Assembly: GCF_000181795.1 (NCBI RefSeq) | Contig: NW_003526943.1 | Coordinates: forward strand, 560,487 to 624,486 | Reading direction: 5' to 3' | Length of the DNA stretch: 64,000 nt | Origin: Trichinella spiralis | Lineage: Eukaryota | Shown here: one piece after another, positions 1 through 14,004 of the stretch | Layout of the letters: every line of letters starts with the position of its first letter | How positions within the stretch are numbered: position 1 is the first letter of the stretch | Made by a program: the position numbers and the translations under genes | Notes under the pieces: generated by a model | What the model was told of the DNA's origin: nothing | Database searches by the model: none | Seen by the model: only the letters and a program-made list of their open reading frames with translations

Positions 1-2265
1 TTAAATCGATCTTGGCTGCGATGAATGTACTTGGACAAAGGCAAAAGGCAAAATACGGCAGCTAAATCATTACGTCCAAGATTTCGATGAGCTTGCTGCA
101 AAAATTCCTGAAAAAAAAAAGAAAACTTCACAAACGCATATATTTTTTACAACCAAAAAAAGCAATGACCTTAGCGCAGTCCAAAATATAATTCAGAGGT
201 TTCACCAAAACAGACTTTAAACAAACATATGCATCAGATTGTGAAAATCTGAACAAATTGTCAACCAATTTTCCTTCGTTCTGCAAAGTGAGTAGAATTC
301 CAAAAAAAATTTAATACATACAGTAATACTGATGTACAGGTGGATCTTTTTGCATCTTATGCATTTTGCAACAGATATTAATTGACCTGTTATTACCTGA
401 AACATTACCATGAAGCTTACAAAAAGAAATACCACACTTTCGGCACTGTTCTCAAGCGCACCTTCTTTTGTCACATTTTCCACAGCAAGAGTTACACGTC
501 GGTTAGCTGAAATTAAATTTTGAAAAATATTCAAATAAAAAAACAACAATCAGCATTACTTAAATCAGCTGAATACTGCCGTAAAGTTTTTCTGTTCAGC
601 ATCCTTAAAATATAAAAAAACAGTTTTTTATATTACAAAAATGACAAAGAACAAATACGCAAATAAGAATGCACATTAAATTCATGCATTCATTTAAAAA
701 AAAGAACTAAAATTAAATATTACCAAGCTTTGGAATCCTTACGTGTAGCAGCCTAAAAAAACAATTTTAAATAATTGAAAAGTAAAACAAAAATTTTCTT
801 TCTTCTTCATTCAAACTATAATTATAATTATATGAAATATTCTCACAAATTGAACTGTAGAATTGAAGGAGTTTTATGAATGAAAAACAATTTATTTATT
901 AAAAAAAATAATTTTATGAAACAATAATTAAATATAACAAAACTTTTACCGAGTTCAATTTCAATTCCTCTACAGATGCATTGTTTCTAGATGTTTCAAA
1001 AATGCTAAAAATAAAACATTGCTTCATTAAAATAAAATCATTCTTGATTCTGCAACAAAAAGTACAACAATTACAACATAAATATATAAAAGTAATTTTA
1101 ATTTTTTGACAATAAAAACTGTTTTATAAATAAAAAAATAAATAAATAGTTTTTTTTGTCACCTCTTGAGAATTTTCAAAATTGACGTACAAGCTACATC
1201 AGCGTAAATATTTAAATAATCTTTCGTCGGCGAATCGTTAACTAACCAATTGCTCAAAGCTTTCAAATCTTCAGTATCTTCACCTACAGGTACAGAGACG
1301 GATGAATATAGAATACAAAACAACCGACTCTAGAAATGCATACCCAAAATTAAGTGCAACAAATCAACATCTTTACGAATCTCTTGAACAACAATGAATT
1401 GAAAAAAATGTAATTTGAACATCAGCAATAAAAAGAAATATAAAATTCAACACTGCACCATAACTGTCGTCAATTGATGCGAGAACTTGGGCTGCTGAAA
1501 AATTTGCACGATTTCTTCGTAATAGAACTTTAAACTCTTGTTCCAATGCGGTGCATCCGAAATTGAAAGTCGTTTCCTGTCATAAAAATAAAGGAGCCGT
1601 GTCATAAAAAAATAAATCACAGAAGCTACATTTTCCTCGTCATCTTACCACACGTTCTAACTGACTTTTGTGAATTTCGTTCGATGAAAAAAACTCCATT
1701 GCTGATTTTAATTTTTCCATCATCTTAATATATTTGATCACGTTTTCAGCCGGACTGAACAACGAAAAAAACAACATTAAATTATACACGATTATATGCG
1801 GTGATGACAACGTACGACATATCTTTGAGCACAGCATCCGTTTCATTGGCAGTGTTGTAGTGCTTGAGAGTCTGGTCGATCAGTTTCAAAGTTGAAACAA
1901 CATCTGTAAAAGTCATTTTCATCACAATGGTCCACAAAGTGCACCGTAAATTACAGTACTGTGTTGTTTTTGTTGCAATGCACCAGTCTTCTTGTACAAA
2001 GGCATCACCGTCGATTGAAGGTTGGATAAACAGCGATCAAAATTATCCAATATGGAAATCATTTTACTTGTCAACTCTTGATTTCTCTGCTCATTCGCCA
2101 ACAATTCTTTCAACCATGCTTCTTCCTGAAAACAAACTCAGCATCAAAAAAATTGAACATCAAAAATACAACAAAAAAATATTTAAAAATCATAAATATG
2201 AATATAATAAAAAGTATAACAATTACCTGTTGTAATTTTGCTTGAATTTCTTTGCTGGACATCAT
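1..2265 (-). CDS. EXOC7: Exocyst complex component Exo70, multi-exon, 3' end runs off the window
   Basis: Spliced N-terminus MMSSKEIQAKLQQ|EEAWLKELLANEQRNQELTSKMISILDNFDRCLSNLQSTVMPLYKKTGALQQKQH resembles the Exo70 N-terminal coil. Further GT-AG exons continue to position 1. Confidence 0.85.
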
Positions 2266-2632
2266 CTTGCATCGGTGGTATATGCTAACGTAACAAAAAT
2301 TAGTAATAAAAAAATTTTTTAATATTAAACGTTGAAAAATTGCAATTAAAAACCAATATCAAATGTGATAATTTCTTTTTAAAATTGTACTTACATCAAG
2401 TAACAGGTGAAGATAATAAGAAAAAAAAATTTGAACTGAAGGGAATAACGGTGACTGTAATCGGTGACAGTACAAAGATAAGCAAGTTTTAATTTGATAA
2501 ATGAAATTTATCATTTGGACAAGGTCTGGAGTGAGCATCGTGAAGTGTCAAATTTTTTGGAACAATTTTAATAATTTCAACAAGTTTTTTTTAACAAAAA
2601 ACAAGTAAAAAGAAAACAGAAAGTGTCAATAT

Positions 2633-5600
2633 TCAATTGGTCGGCGAGTTGGAAGCAGTTTTGGCGTTGAACAAATAGGAGGCCATTTGAATTCTTGTGC
2701 CAAGATTTCGTTTCTTCATAGATAGACATGTTTCCAATTCGGTCATGTCAACGGCACGGTTACAGTTGGCAGTGTTTCGATGAATCAGTTGAAATGTCGG
2801 ATCGACAGCTCGCATGACGTGAAATTTTCTCCCACTGCCCTTGTTCTGTTCATTGGTATTGCAGAACAATTTGAATATGTAACGACCATCGGCAGTGATT
2901 GTAGTAGAATCGGTGGTTTGTGCAGCGACATTTGCAAAGCTGTTTTCAGTGTGAAGCATGTTGCGTACGTAGGCATAGTCGGTGGAGTAGAAGGAAGCAA
3001 TTTCGAAATTGGAACGATCAAAACGACCCAAATTACGTCCCAACTGTGAATGCTGCCTCACCCCGACGTTCCCATTCCACTGCTGCTTCAAACCGGTCAA
3101 TGTCGGATGGTAGTGGACAAACGGCACCGGGAAGAATGCTTGGAAATTTTCGATAGTTTGCATGCGAACGCGATTCAACATCTCCCTGTCGAGTTGCAGC
3201 CAAGGAGAAGCCAGCAACAACAGTCGCGTGGTCTTCAATCGACTAACCACCAGGTCCACCATGCGCACCAGACAAGCTTCACCAATCAGCTTGACCACTT
3301 GGAGTCGTGAACCGCGGGCCCCGTTCCAAGAACCAAACAACTTGCGCAACGACCGTTCAATAGCTTGATCGGTGCCGTTAGCTTGACGCTGAAACAACAA
3401 TATCAAATTGCACCGTTGGTCCTCGTCCAAGCAGAGCCGCTTGAATTGGTCCAAAAATAGAGCCGCTTGTTCAATTTCGAAACTACGGACCGGTAACAAC
3501 ATGGTCACCGACGTCGACTCGGTCACAAATGGCGCCGGCACCAGTTCGGCGTTGCCGACCGGCCGGAGCAAGTACACACGTTTCATACGAGCTTGTTGGT
3601 GGCTGATTTCCAAAAAATCCAATACATAATCCACACCCCGGTTCGGGTCAAAGCGACGGTAGCCGGACAACAACTTTGCCGAGTCACTGCAATTCGACTT
3701 CAAACGACCATCACCACAACAACCACGCTTACGTTTAAGCCAGTCAATCGCAAATCCACTGACCGCCAGTACGTCGAGCCGATCATAGCCGCGCAGTAAA
3801 ATAGCCGTTTCTTCGTCCGAACTGGCCGGGAACATGTGGCTGGCGTTGAAAAAATCCCACTTGAGCAAATCGTACCGATCAGCACTGCGCCACGGTTCCT
3901 CCAGACCCAATGGCAAAGTCACATTCTCACCCAACAAATTCGACAAATTCAACACCTCTTGCCGAATCGATCGCAACCTTGCTTGCAGATGATCACTTTC
4001 CAAACGTCGCAAATACGCCTGCACAATTTCCACCTCACTCTGAGATTCCAATCCTTGAACAGTTAAAATTTGTCTGTAATTTTCGTTCACCAAATTCGAT
4101 TCCATCCACTCAGCGGTTCTAAATTTCAAACTGCGGAATTGCACATTCTAAAAAGTTCAAAATCAACATAACATCAGGAACGGCAAAAATTCCCAATAAA
4201 CACGCAAATCCAACGACTATTACCAACTATCGACGATAGGATCAAAATTTACAGTACATTTTTAATACCTTTTACCTTTGAAAACAGAATGCACTGCTTT
4301 TATTACATCAATCTGTTGTCATCAAATAACAATAATTACACGGATGTTTTTAACATTTACATTTTTAAACGTACCAGACTAATTTTGAAATTCTACAGCA
4401 CATGCAAAATGCAATGAAGTTTCAGAAATTGCCAGGAAATTTCAAAATCAACCAATCACAGATAATACATACTTTTCACGATTACTGTATTCGATATAGC
4501 TTATACTTATAGTCGCAGTAAAATTGAAAACTAAAGTTAAAAGCTGAAAAGTAAAGAAAAAATATCTACAATAAACTTGACTAAATTTATATCGTAAAAA
4601 GGTGAGAAATTTGATTTGACATTTAACTGCGCAGTGGTTGAACAACACTTTGACTCCAATTATTCATTAATTGCCACCATGACGTAAATTTCACAACGTC
4701 ATTTGACATTAATTTTACTTCTACAGTACAATATCATTAATGAAATATAAAAAAAAGAAATAAACATATTATTTTTAATTAGATTTAACAGAATTTTAAT
4801 TGCAAGAAAATGTTGACTTACTTTCCAACTATCTGTGCATTGAAGATGTGAAAAAATACAACGGTAATCATCTTCTTGGTTACAATCAATAAGTTTGTCA
4901 AGCAGATCTCTCGAAATGAGAATTCCCGCTTCCAAAGAGCATACATTACCAAACGTCAGTTGGCCGAAGAAAAGACTATCACCAGCGGAAAGTTGTTTCA
5001 TCAGACGATCGATTGCAAAAGGATTTACAATTGTCCGGTTAGCGACCAAAAAGTACCAGTCAAATTGATTGAAGCGTTTATTTATATAATCAAAGGCAAG
5101 TGATGGCAGATTTTTCACTACATACGTATCCAATGAAACAACGTTTGTTCCAAAAAATATGGAATTATTAGTGGAAGATTTTTCAACAAAAAATACAACT
5201 CTGTTGGCGTATTCTTTTAAAGTACTGTCCATCGTGTCGTACAGCAATTGTAGATCCGAAACTGCCACCATGAAACCGATGAGTAGTCTTTGTCGAATTC
5301 CAACTTCTGTAGCGAAAAATTTTGGTCGTGCTTTCAAACTTGCATTGCTAACTGTCGCAAGTGTTGGTCTGCTACTCATCCTGTCGAAATCTCCGCTAGC
5401 CGATGACGATGAATCATCGTTGTCAAATTTGCCCAAATGGCCATCCAGATCAAGGTCAATAATTTCCGCAGTTGTGCTTTCTTCAACGCATGAAGGTTCG
5501 CACAGCTGCGCAGGAAACAAATTCTGAAACAGACTAGACAAAACAATTCCGCACAAAATGCCCAAAAACAACGGGGATAAATTTCTGATCCAAGACCACA

Positions 5601-5637
5601 AGCTGCTTCTTCGCTTCATCTTGAAATGCACATTCAT
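2633..5637 (-). CDS. CHPF: Chondroitin polymerising factor / chondroitin sulfate synthase 2-like (mig-22-like), spliced
   Basis: N-terminal type II membrane anchor (PLFLGILCGIVLS), RPKFFATEVGIRQRL, FDWYFL, GYRRFDPNRGVDYVLD, LNRVRMQTIENFQAFFPVPF and HVMRAVDP motifs across ORFs 4699..5637 and 2633..4144. Confidence 0.9.
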
Positions 5638-8600
5638 TTATCCGCATTTCTAAAATACTTTCAGAAATGTTCAGTAAGAAAAAGGCTTCAATTTTTAATA
5701 ATAAAAGAAACAGTTCAGTTATTTGACCTACTGTGAAAATGATCGTGACTCATCGAAATAAAAGCCCCAAACTTACGTCCTACATTCTAAGAAAGAGAAC
5801 GAGAACAAAAACCAAAAATATGCAACATATTTTGAAAATGATCAGTAGATATTTTTTGCATTTTTATGACAAAAAGTAATATTGCTAATTGCACTTCATT
5901 TCATTGTTAGTGTCAGTGGCAATGTTAAACGAAATCGCAGCATATAACAATAAACTATAAAATTGTCTTACGCTATGGAATATTCAAACGATGTGCATTA
6001 TTCAAGATGTCATTTATTCAGTATATTTCATAGAACAAAAGACAGCTTTCAAATAACGTCGCTTTCTAATGTTGCCAATGTACAGGTATGCATATGAGTT
6101 TACATAAATTTTGAAAAAAAGTATAGCAATAAATAGAACATAAATAAAAAAGAAGAACAATGTTCATCAAATTATACACTAAATAGAATTTGAAGAAAAA
6201 GTTTCACAATCAAACTCCAGTGCAATGACGAATAAAAATATAAAAATATTGAAAAATGATTACGTTCAAATTTTGCTGCCAAATCAGGATAATTATACAA
6301 TCACATTTCATATATATATATATAATGCTTCAAAAATGATACATTTGCATACAAAAATAGATAAATAAAGCAAACTAAGTGAATAACAGAAGTATTAGGT
6401 AGTATTTAACAATTCTTTTTCGAAATAGTTCAACAAGAATTCTGCTCAGAAAATGGCAACCAAGTTACATATTGATCATACTGTAGAATGGGCTACAGAG
6501 CGATCATTAAATTGAAATTCAATGTAGCGCATCATTTATTTATATGTATGTTTCTCACTTTCGATGCACATTTTATAAGTAAGATTCTGATTTTATTTTT
6601 AAAGATTTTGAAGAAAATTTTACATTACTAACGTTTTGTGGTTTGTTTACATTGTAGTTTTTTAATGATTAAAATATAATCAGTGAATTTGTTTAAGGAT
6701 TTTTATTTTCAGTTAATTTTTTCTCTGATTCTGATTATTGGGATTTTTTAATGTAAATGCACAAATAGGTATTGTTATGCTAGTTGTAAAATTTGTCCTA
6801 TGCAATAACATATGCAAGAGCAGCGGAGATTGAATAAGTTTTCGATTATAGAATTTAAAATATTTTAATTAATTTTTAATAATTTTCTTTAAATGATCGT
6901 TTGTTTAATTTGCATTGAGGAAGAATTCTCTGAAAGCGCCATTTGCATTTGAAGAAAACAGAAATTGTATATTTAATTTCATTTTATTTTTGAATTACAC
7001 TTTTTGTTAAACTAAATTTTTTTAATTTTAAAATGTTGTTGCAACTTTTTGTTCATATGGAAAAATTTTGAAAATCCTTTCCCCACATCAGCATTTCACT
7101 TCTGAATGTGCGTGATATTTATTATTTAATAATTGATGTAAACAAATGAGTGAATCATTATTAAATTAACATTACGTATGTTGGAAAAATTACGGAGAAT
7201 GTTTGATTAAATTGATTTAAGTAACGCAGTTTAATCATATAGGTCAAGCTGAATATATTTGTTTTTGCTGAACACGCTACATCAAATGCCGCGTTATCAA
7301 ATTGCTCTAAATGATTGTGTATGTTTATGAGAAAAAACTATATTGTTTTTTTTTCTATCATTTGTAAGTAAAAGTTATGGAGAAATTCTGTTTCGAAATC
7401 AAAGTTGAAATTGTGCCCAAGGTCGTCAAGATTTGGAAATGCATTCTTTGATACTGATTTAAGGTAAAGGTGATTTGTTGATTTCTTTTATTTTCATATT
7501 TTGATTGAAGGGTTTTTTTCCATTAAAAAACGTCACATTTTTATTGTTAAAGTTTCTGGGAATATTTCAGAATTATTCATCTTCGACGTTTTGTATATTA
7601 TTATGATTATTCATTTATGTGATCATTATTTTGATAAAAATTTTTGTCTGAATTTGTTTTGTTTTTTTTTATCATGCATCCGGATCGCCGATTCAGATGA
7701 TTCTATTGAGCTTTTAATATATGCAGTTTACATCTCTGTCGTAGTTGTGCTAGTCAGGTTTCAGAAATTCAATACTGCCATTTATAGCCCGTATGTTGTG
7801 CACGTCATCACGTGTGATATAAAGTATTGATATTTTCGTGTAACATTCGATGGTTGCATTATCTACAAATAGTATTTTAAAAGTAGCAACATGCTTTACA
7901 GTATGAATATGGAAGTTTGCAAGTATTTAGTTTCCGCTTAGTTTGCTGTTTTTTTTTGATGAAGGTTCTTATTGGTAATTGCCCTGATTTGACAGGTACA
8001 GTTGATTAATCAAACAATTTTTATACGTACGTCTTCATTGCACGGAAGAAGGATTGGTTTAATTTTCTTTTCTTATAAGTTTTCTTTCGATTTATGAGTT
8101 GTAATTAACTTTAGTTTAAAGCGTTTGTTGTTAATGAATGTGAATTGATCGTAGTGCATTTCTAACTTAACACCTTTAGCATTTGCCGAAGGTGTATATT
8201 CAATTTTAGTATTATTCAAGGTTGCTTTTTATTTTTAAAGAAAAACTTTTTCTTTAAGCATATTTAATTTCCAATTTAATAAAAATCAAATTATGTATTT
8301 TTTGCTTTAGAAATTTAATGGCATGCTGGTAACAGAATTTTGCTTTAGGGTTATAATCTTGGTGAACAAATAATCAATACAGTCGATTTACATGTAGTAC
8401 TTATTGTTTTATTATTTCTCAACGATTATCTAATTATTTTTTAATGTTATTTTTACTGTTAACTTTCCATATATGTGCACTGATTTTTATGTTGGCGCAT
8501 TAAGATGATTGTGATTGTTTTTTAACTTTGCGTGGTGTTTAATTTTATATTTCTTGTTTTTGCACTTTTTTTACTGGTATTCTGCACTCGTGTAGAGTAT

Positions 8601-9446
8601 CTATATTGAAAACGAGTGGATTCAGTTTGCACAATAATTCAAAATTTCTTCAATTATTATTTCGACAGTTTTTTTTCATCTTATTAAAATGCATTTTGGC
8701 TCAAAAGAATTTGCGAATGTTTTAGGCGATTGTTTTCTTGAATTTTAATGAAGTTTATTTATATCACAGGCGCACTTTTATTATTTAAAAATATTTTAAA
8801 TTTCAAGTTACTTTTAATATGTGAAACGCTAGAATGTTTTACTTCTACTTTTATTTTGTTGCTTTGCATCTGCTTTGCATTTTATGAATGATAATGGGTT
8901 TTGATGGAAAGCAGATCGATAAGAAAAAACTGCCTTTTAAAATTTCAGATGTTGCAAATATTTCGAAATTATACCCATGTTTTTCTAAGCATGTTTTTCA
9001 TATTTTTATAGAGCACGTACATTTTGCTTTCTTTTTAAAATTTTAAAATGTTGCAATAGTGCAGAAAAAGACAAAGCAAATGGAATTTTAAGTATGTATA
9101 TATATATAAGTAACATTTTTTCGACAGTAACAGTTGTCAGTATTTGTTCTACTTAAAAAAGTTTAGGTTGGTATATATATATATATAGAAAATTACGTTT
9201 ACGTTAAATGTGATATCAAGAAAGCTTGTTATTATAAAATTTTCTTTATGCATGAAAAATTTAACCAACAAAAAAGTTTCGAAATTATTAGTTTAAATTT
9301 TTATTCATATAATTTTTTACTGATTATTCAAAATGTATTCCTTGAAGAGAATTTTGTATATACATATATTTTTTTAAATAATAAAATGTAAATAAATAAA
9401 TTTATAAGATGAGCAGAAAGAAAAAGCAGTAAAAATTTAGCCCGAA

Positions 9447-9549
9447 GTAGACCAAACTGAATTTCGAACACCTATGCAGGACTAAAAATTCTTACTTTCC
9501 AAGGCCCCCCTCCCTGGAACATTCCTACGCCCCTGGTTGAGAAACACTG
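9447..9549. mobile_element. Possible single terminus of a hAT (Charlie/MER5-type) non-autonomous element
   Basis: GC-richer patch ending GGTTGAGAAACACTG (reverse complement CAGTGTTTCTCAACC), resembling hAT-Charlie termini. No partner end found. Confidence 0.4.
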
Positions 9550-10025
9550 CTCTGTGCAAATACTGAGCGACGCGAATTTAGCATAGAGTAGATCCGTAGG
9601 CTCTATTTTAACAAAACGATCAGTATAATGTAGTTGCTTTGTGTTAATTAATACAGACTGTACATAATATAATATAATTTAATTTAATTTAATTTATCTT
9701 TTTTAGTCGAAGTGGAAATTCTTTGGTAAACTCTTGCCCAACTTGCCATTTTGTAAGTATCTTGCCAGTTGTACGTAATGCAGCTGTTTTTTTTGCAAGA
9801 ATAGATTGTGAAGCGTTATATTTCAAATTAGAAACATGTTAATTAAGCGCACATTAATCAGTTGTATTGTAACTGAAAATTGATAACAAGGCGATCTTTT
9901 AATGAGAATGAAAAATTAAGCATCTGTGGAAGTTTCAGATATTTTAATCGATGTAACTGTAAAGTTCATGATTACTCATTTTTAATTTAATTTAATTTTA
10001 ATTTGGGAATTTCAGAAATCTTCCT

Positions 10026-11728
10026 ATGCGTCATAGACGCTGCTTCTGGGTCATTTCTGTGATTGCCATAATTACTACGCTATTTGGACTGTTCACCTGG
10101 ACGCCACATTCAACATTTTCTCATAGATTTTTATTTGCTCGTGTATGAATAAATTTAAAAAGAAATATGCATTTTATGAGAAAAATATGCAAAAGAGTTT
10201 TACATTGATTAACTATTTCAGCTTTCTCCTTTCGTTTCAATATGCTTGGAATCATTTTGTTCTGAATCAGTCGACATTGACGTTTTGCGTAATGCCGAAA
10301 TTTTGGACTTCACGTTTCGTGCTAGTCGAAGTAAATTGAAATTTGTGGTGCTCGATCCAGATTGTATTTCTTGTGCAAGCCGTACGAAGAGTGCCTATTG
10401 CTTGTTAGCTACATTGAAGCAGTCTTACCTGTTTGGAGTGATTGGGGCCGAGCACGTCGATAATTTGACTGAAATTGTAAGCCTTGTTTAACTCCCGTTC
10501 TATTTTTAGCATGTTGTTTTTAAGGTGAAATATTTTCATAATTCGGCTTGGAAGGTGAAATCCGGTGAGGAACAACTGACGTTTCAGCACAATACAACCC
10601 GAGTGCATGTTGTACGAATTGACAGACGTGACAAATATTGGTTCATACCGTCTCTTGAGGAAGTTGATTTTAAAGCTCATGCTTTTCGAAAGTACTGTTT
10701 GAATGTTATTACAATGTTGCTTTTGCCTGATGAATAATTTTTTTTGAAATTTAAGTTTCAAAATTGATCATATTCATTTTGCCAACTGGTCATTGTACAT
10801 CCCTGGATCTGAAGTGATGAAACAATGGTCAGATGCTGAATTTTTGGAGTGCAATCGATCGTCAGCAAAGATAATTCAACAGATGTATATTGGAAAATAT
10901 GAACAAGTTTTGAAAAACACTGTCATTAATGGAATGGCATTATTTCGAGATGTTCTCCAAGGAATTGGCATAAGATCAATGCTATTTGGAGGAACTTTAC
11001 TCGGTTTGTTATTCTTTTTTCTTGTTGTGGATTGTATTGAAATTTAAAGTAACCTTTTTTCGACAGTAACAGTTATTAAAAAGTTTAGGTTGGTATAGAG
11101 ATTGCGGAATTATTCCTTACACCACAGACATGGATATGGCTAGCTTTGCTTCAGAATACAGTAGGAAATTGTTAGGCACACTAACTTCAAATAAAGATTT
11201 GGAACTTTACTGGCAACTTGGAAAGGTATTGAAAAATGAATATGATGTTAATTGTGTTGAATAATAATTTTCACTTTTTAGCCTGCAGATTCTCTAGAAC
11301 TGAGTGTATTCTATGATGGAATGAAAATAGATTTGTTTTTTTTGTACGAAGAAGGAAGTACCCACTGGGCCGGAGGGATGATTGTTTATGAGCGACGTAA
11401 GCTGCGGTATGTATGCATTTTTATGTTTTGTTTTGTATTGTGAAAATATTTATGTATTTATTTATTTATTTCTTCTTATTCTAGCTGGACATATCCAAAA
11501 ATTACAAAACTTTGCTCAGCTGAACTTCTTGGTGAATTATTCAACGTTCCTTGTAATGTATTAGATATTTTAATGGCTGATTATGGTGAGACTTGGTATG
11601 ACATTTATCCCAATGAGAATTTTACGTGGTACGCTTCTCATAAAAATGTGAAAAAGCTCGGTCGATGGTCGAAAAAGGAATGGCCATTGGTGTATCATAT
11701 GTATATGAAACAGAAAAAACTGATATGA
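10026..11728 (+). CDS. Fukutin-family (LicD nucleotidyltransferase fold) type II Golgi phosphotransferase, about 7 exons
   Basis: MRHRRCFWVISVIAIITTLFGLF signal anchor. Spliced core GGTLL|GWYRDCGIIPYTTDMDM, then DSLELS, KIDLFFLY and ADYGETW, matching fukutin motifs. Stop TGA at 11726-11728. Confidence 0.85.
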
Positions 11729-12531
11729 TAAAGGCATATTGATCAACTGTAGCAATGTATTTTTGTTGTTTTCAAATTTTTCCATTTTGTTCCAGTTCAA
11801 TCGTTTTTTATCAAATTATTTCAATTTTTTGTTGTTAAAAAATAAATATATTATGCTTGCATTAACGTAAAATATACGTGAAGGGGAATTATGCTTCATG
11901 AAACTTCAAATTGAATCAAAACCTTTCATTGGTGAAACAACAACTTTCAACAGTGAAGGTTTCATGCTCATGCATATAATAATATGTATGGTCGTCTACT
12001 ATAATTTACTAATAAGCTGTTGTTTACGTCTTGAATAAATTGATCTTTAAAAAATAGAAAAATGAAATCGCCATTTGATGCAAAAATGTGGAAGCATTCA
12101 TTGACAGGTAGTTTTATTTCAACACGATTTTCCCATTTTATTTTTTTGTTGTTCTTTAAAATGATTTGAAAAGAATTATTTGCTTTATTATACATTTTTG
12201 TCTAAAAATAATAAATTTACTGTCGGACATACATGTGAACAGGATAAGAGAAGTTTTTTTGAAGCAGTTCAAGTTTTTGCTGCTGCATATATATACATTT
12301 CAGTGGCACTTTCAAATTACGATATTTTATTTATTTCTTATCGACAAAAATTTCACAGTTGGCAGTCAGGATGAAAAAACTGTTCACAGTGTGATTAAAA
12401 TAAAAATACATTTTGCATAGTATTAATTTTGTTTAGAATAATGAGTTCTGAAAAAGGTATCTCTATTTTTTTTATGAAACGTGGAAAATTCGTCTGCCTT
12501 TTAGGCAAATGTGGATAGCGATTGACGTATA

Positions 12532-14004
12532 CCTTTAAGCGAGTACAGTTTTAATGGTCTTCATCAAATGTAAGCAGCATGAATTAATCAAATCGTCTCT
12601 AGAGGTTATGATCGCCCGCAGAAGACGGGCCTTCGCCTGGATCCGAGGAAGATTTCATTCACAATATTGTCGTACGTTGCCCGAGACTATACCACCTCGT
12701 TTCCGGACTTCTCATTCACAATTTTTACGCGGTTCCAGTTTTCTGAGGTGCATCATATATGATACATTTGGCCGGTGCTGAAATTGTGCTGTACATAATA
12801 ATATAGCCAATAATTGTCATTTTCTCACCAATTTTTCAATTCGTGTAATGTGTTAGTTATCAACACCATTTATTTGTTTATATTTACACAAATTACAATA
12901 CCAAAAATGCTCATATTATGTTTTGTATTCTAATGAAAAGTACTTTTTCAGGATAGCCAAGTTTAGTCTCCTGGGAATATATTGTATGAAAGTGGTCAAA
13001 TGGGGTTTATGCATGAAAGAGCAGAAATCAGTTTCTTGCCTTGTTCATGCATAAAGATACGTTACATTTTGTGCAATATACAAAAGACAACTTTGAATAA
13101 AAACAATATCTTTGACACGTTGCTATCATATCCGGCCAGTGAGTTACCAGATCTTTCTGAACATCATGAAAAATTCGCGGCATAGCTGTTGCTCCCCTTG
13201 AAGAGCATGGCTCATCTACTTCTTGAAAAGTACTGCCTTCTACTTCATATTGTAACTGGCTTTGCGTGTGAGACAAAGCGACTCACTTACCTTTGTCATC
13301 ATGGAAAGTAAGTCCATGGCGTCCCTATTATGTCCCGGAAATTGTTCGCACCCTCTTCGGTAGAGCAACTACCCGTTTGCGGCTGGGTAACAATGACCCA
13401 ACAGAAAATACACCTTGTCTACTTTAGCCTATTGCGGTCAGTTTTGCACAGTGCAGACGGCATATTATTCAAATCGACGCCTCCCATGTGCAAGTTCTAG
13501 TCGTCGACAATAGAAGTCAAGGAAACCATCATTTTTTCCGCTGCTTTCTGTCCCACCAAAGTTTCAGTACCACTGGTAGGTTGATGTCGTGTTATATCGC
13601 GACGATTGTCATACCACGTTATGACACCTGTTGTCGCCAGCTTTGCTGTCCTGAAATCAGTTCCGCCTCCGCCAGCTACTTTCAGTGCTTGGTCAGAAAT
13701 TAGGCGGCAAACAAGTAGTTTATTTGATCGAATTGTTCCATATCTCCATATACCTAGTTTGATCGAAAAATCACTTAGAGCAAGACCAACAGTTTCCTCA
13801 ACTGCAGGTCGACGAATTTCATAAAAGACAAAAACATAGAACAGACCTGAAATACCGCATTTGGAGAACAGTTTAAATCCCCATCAATGAGGTTTCTTGG
13901 AATAAACATTTTCAGCTTATGTTTTCATCTGAATGAATTTATCTCTCCATCTATTCCCTAATTTTCTTCGTTTTCGACTTTTTGCACGAGTTTCTGAAGT
14001 AATG
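12532..14004 (-). mobile_element. Degenerate piggyBac (PGBD2/3-like) transposon fragment
   Basis: Frameshifted minus-strand motifs KPH*WGFKLFSKCG, MGGVDL and a C-terminal Cys-rich tail YCTKCNVSLC. Subterminal palindrome ATCATATATGAT near 12755. Boundaries approximate. Confidence 0.8.

Noticed and set aside
2780..4122. Many overlapping plus-strand ORFs over CHPF
   Set aside because: Antisense shadows of a long GC-richer coding exon, with no recognisable motifs.
5700..9400. ORF 7501..7830 and a CACGTCA/CACGTG motif pair near 7800
   Set aside because: The ORF is low-complexity AT-driven F/I/L sequence, and a single motif pair is insufficient to call a regulatory site.
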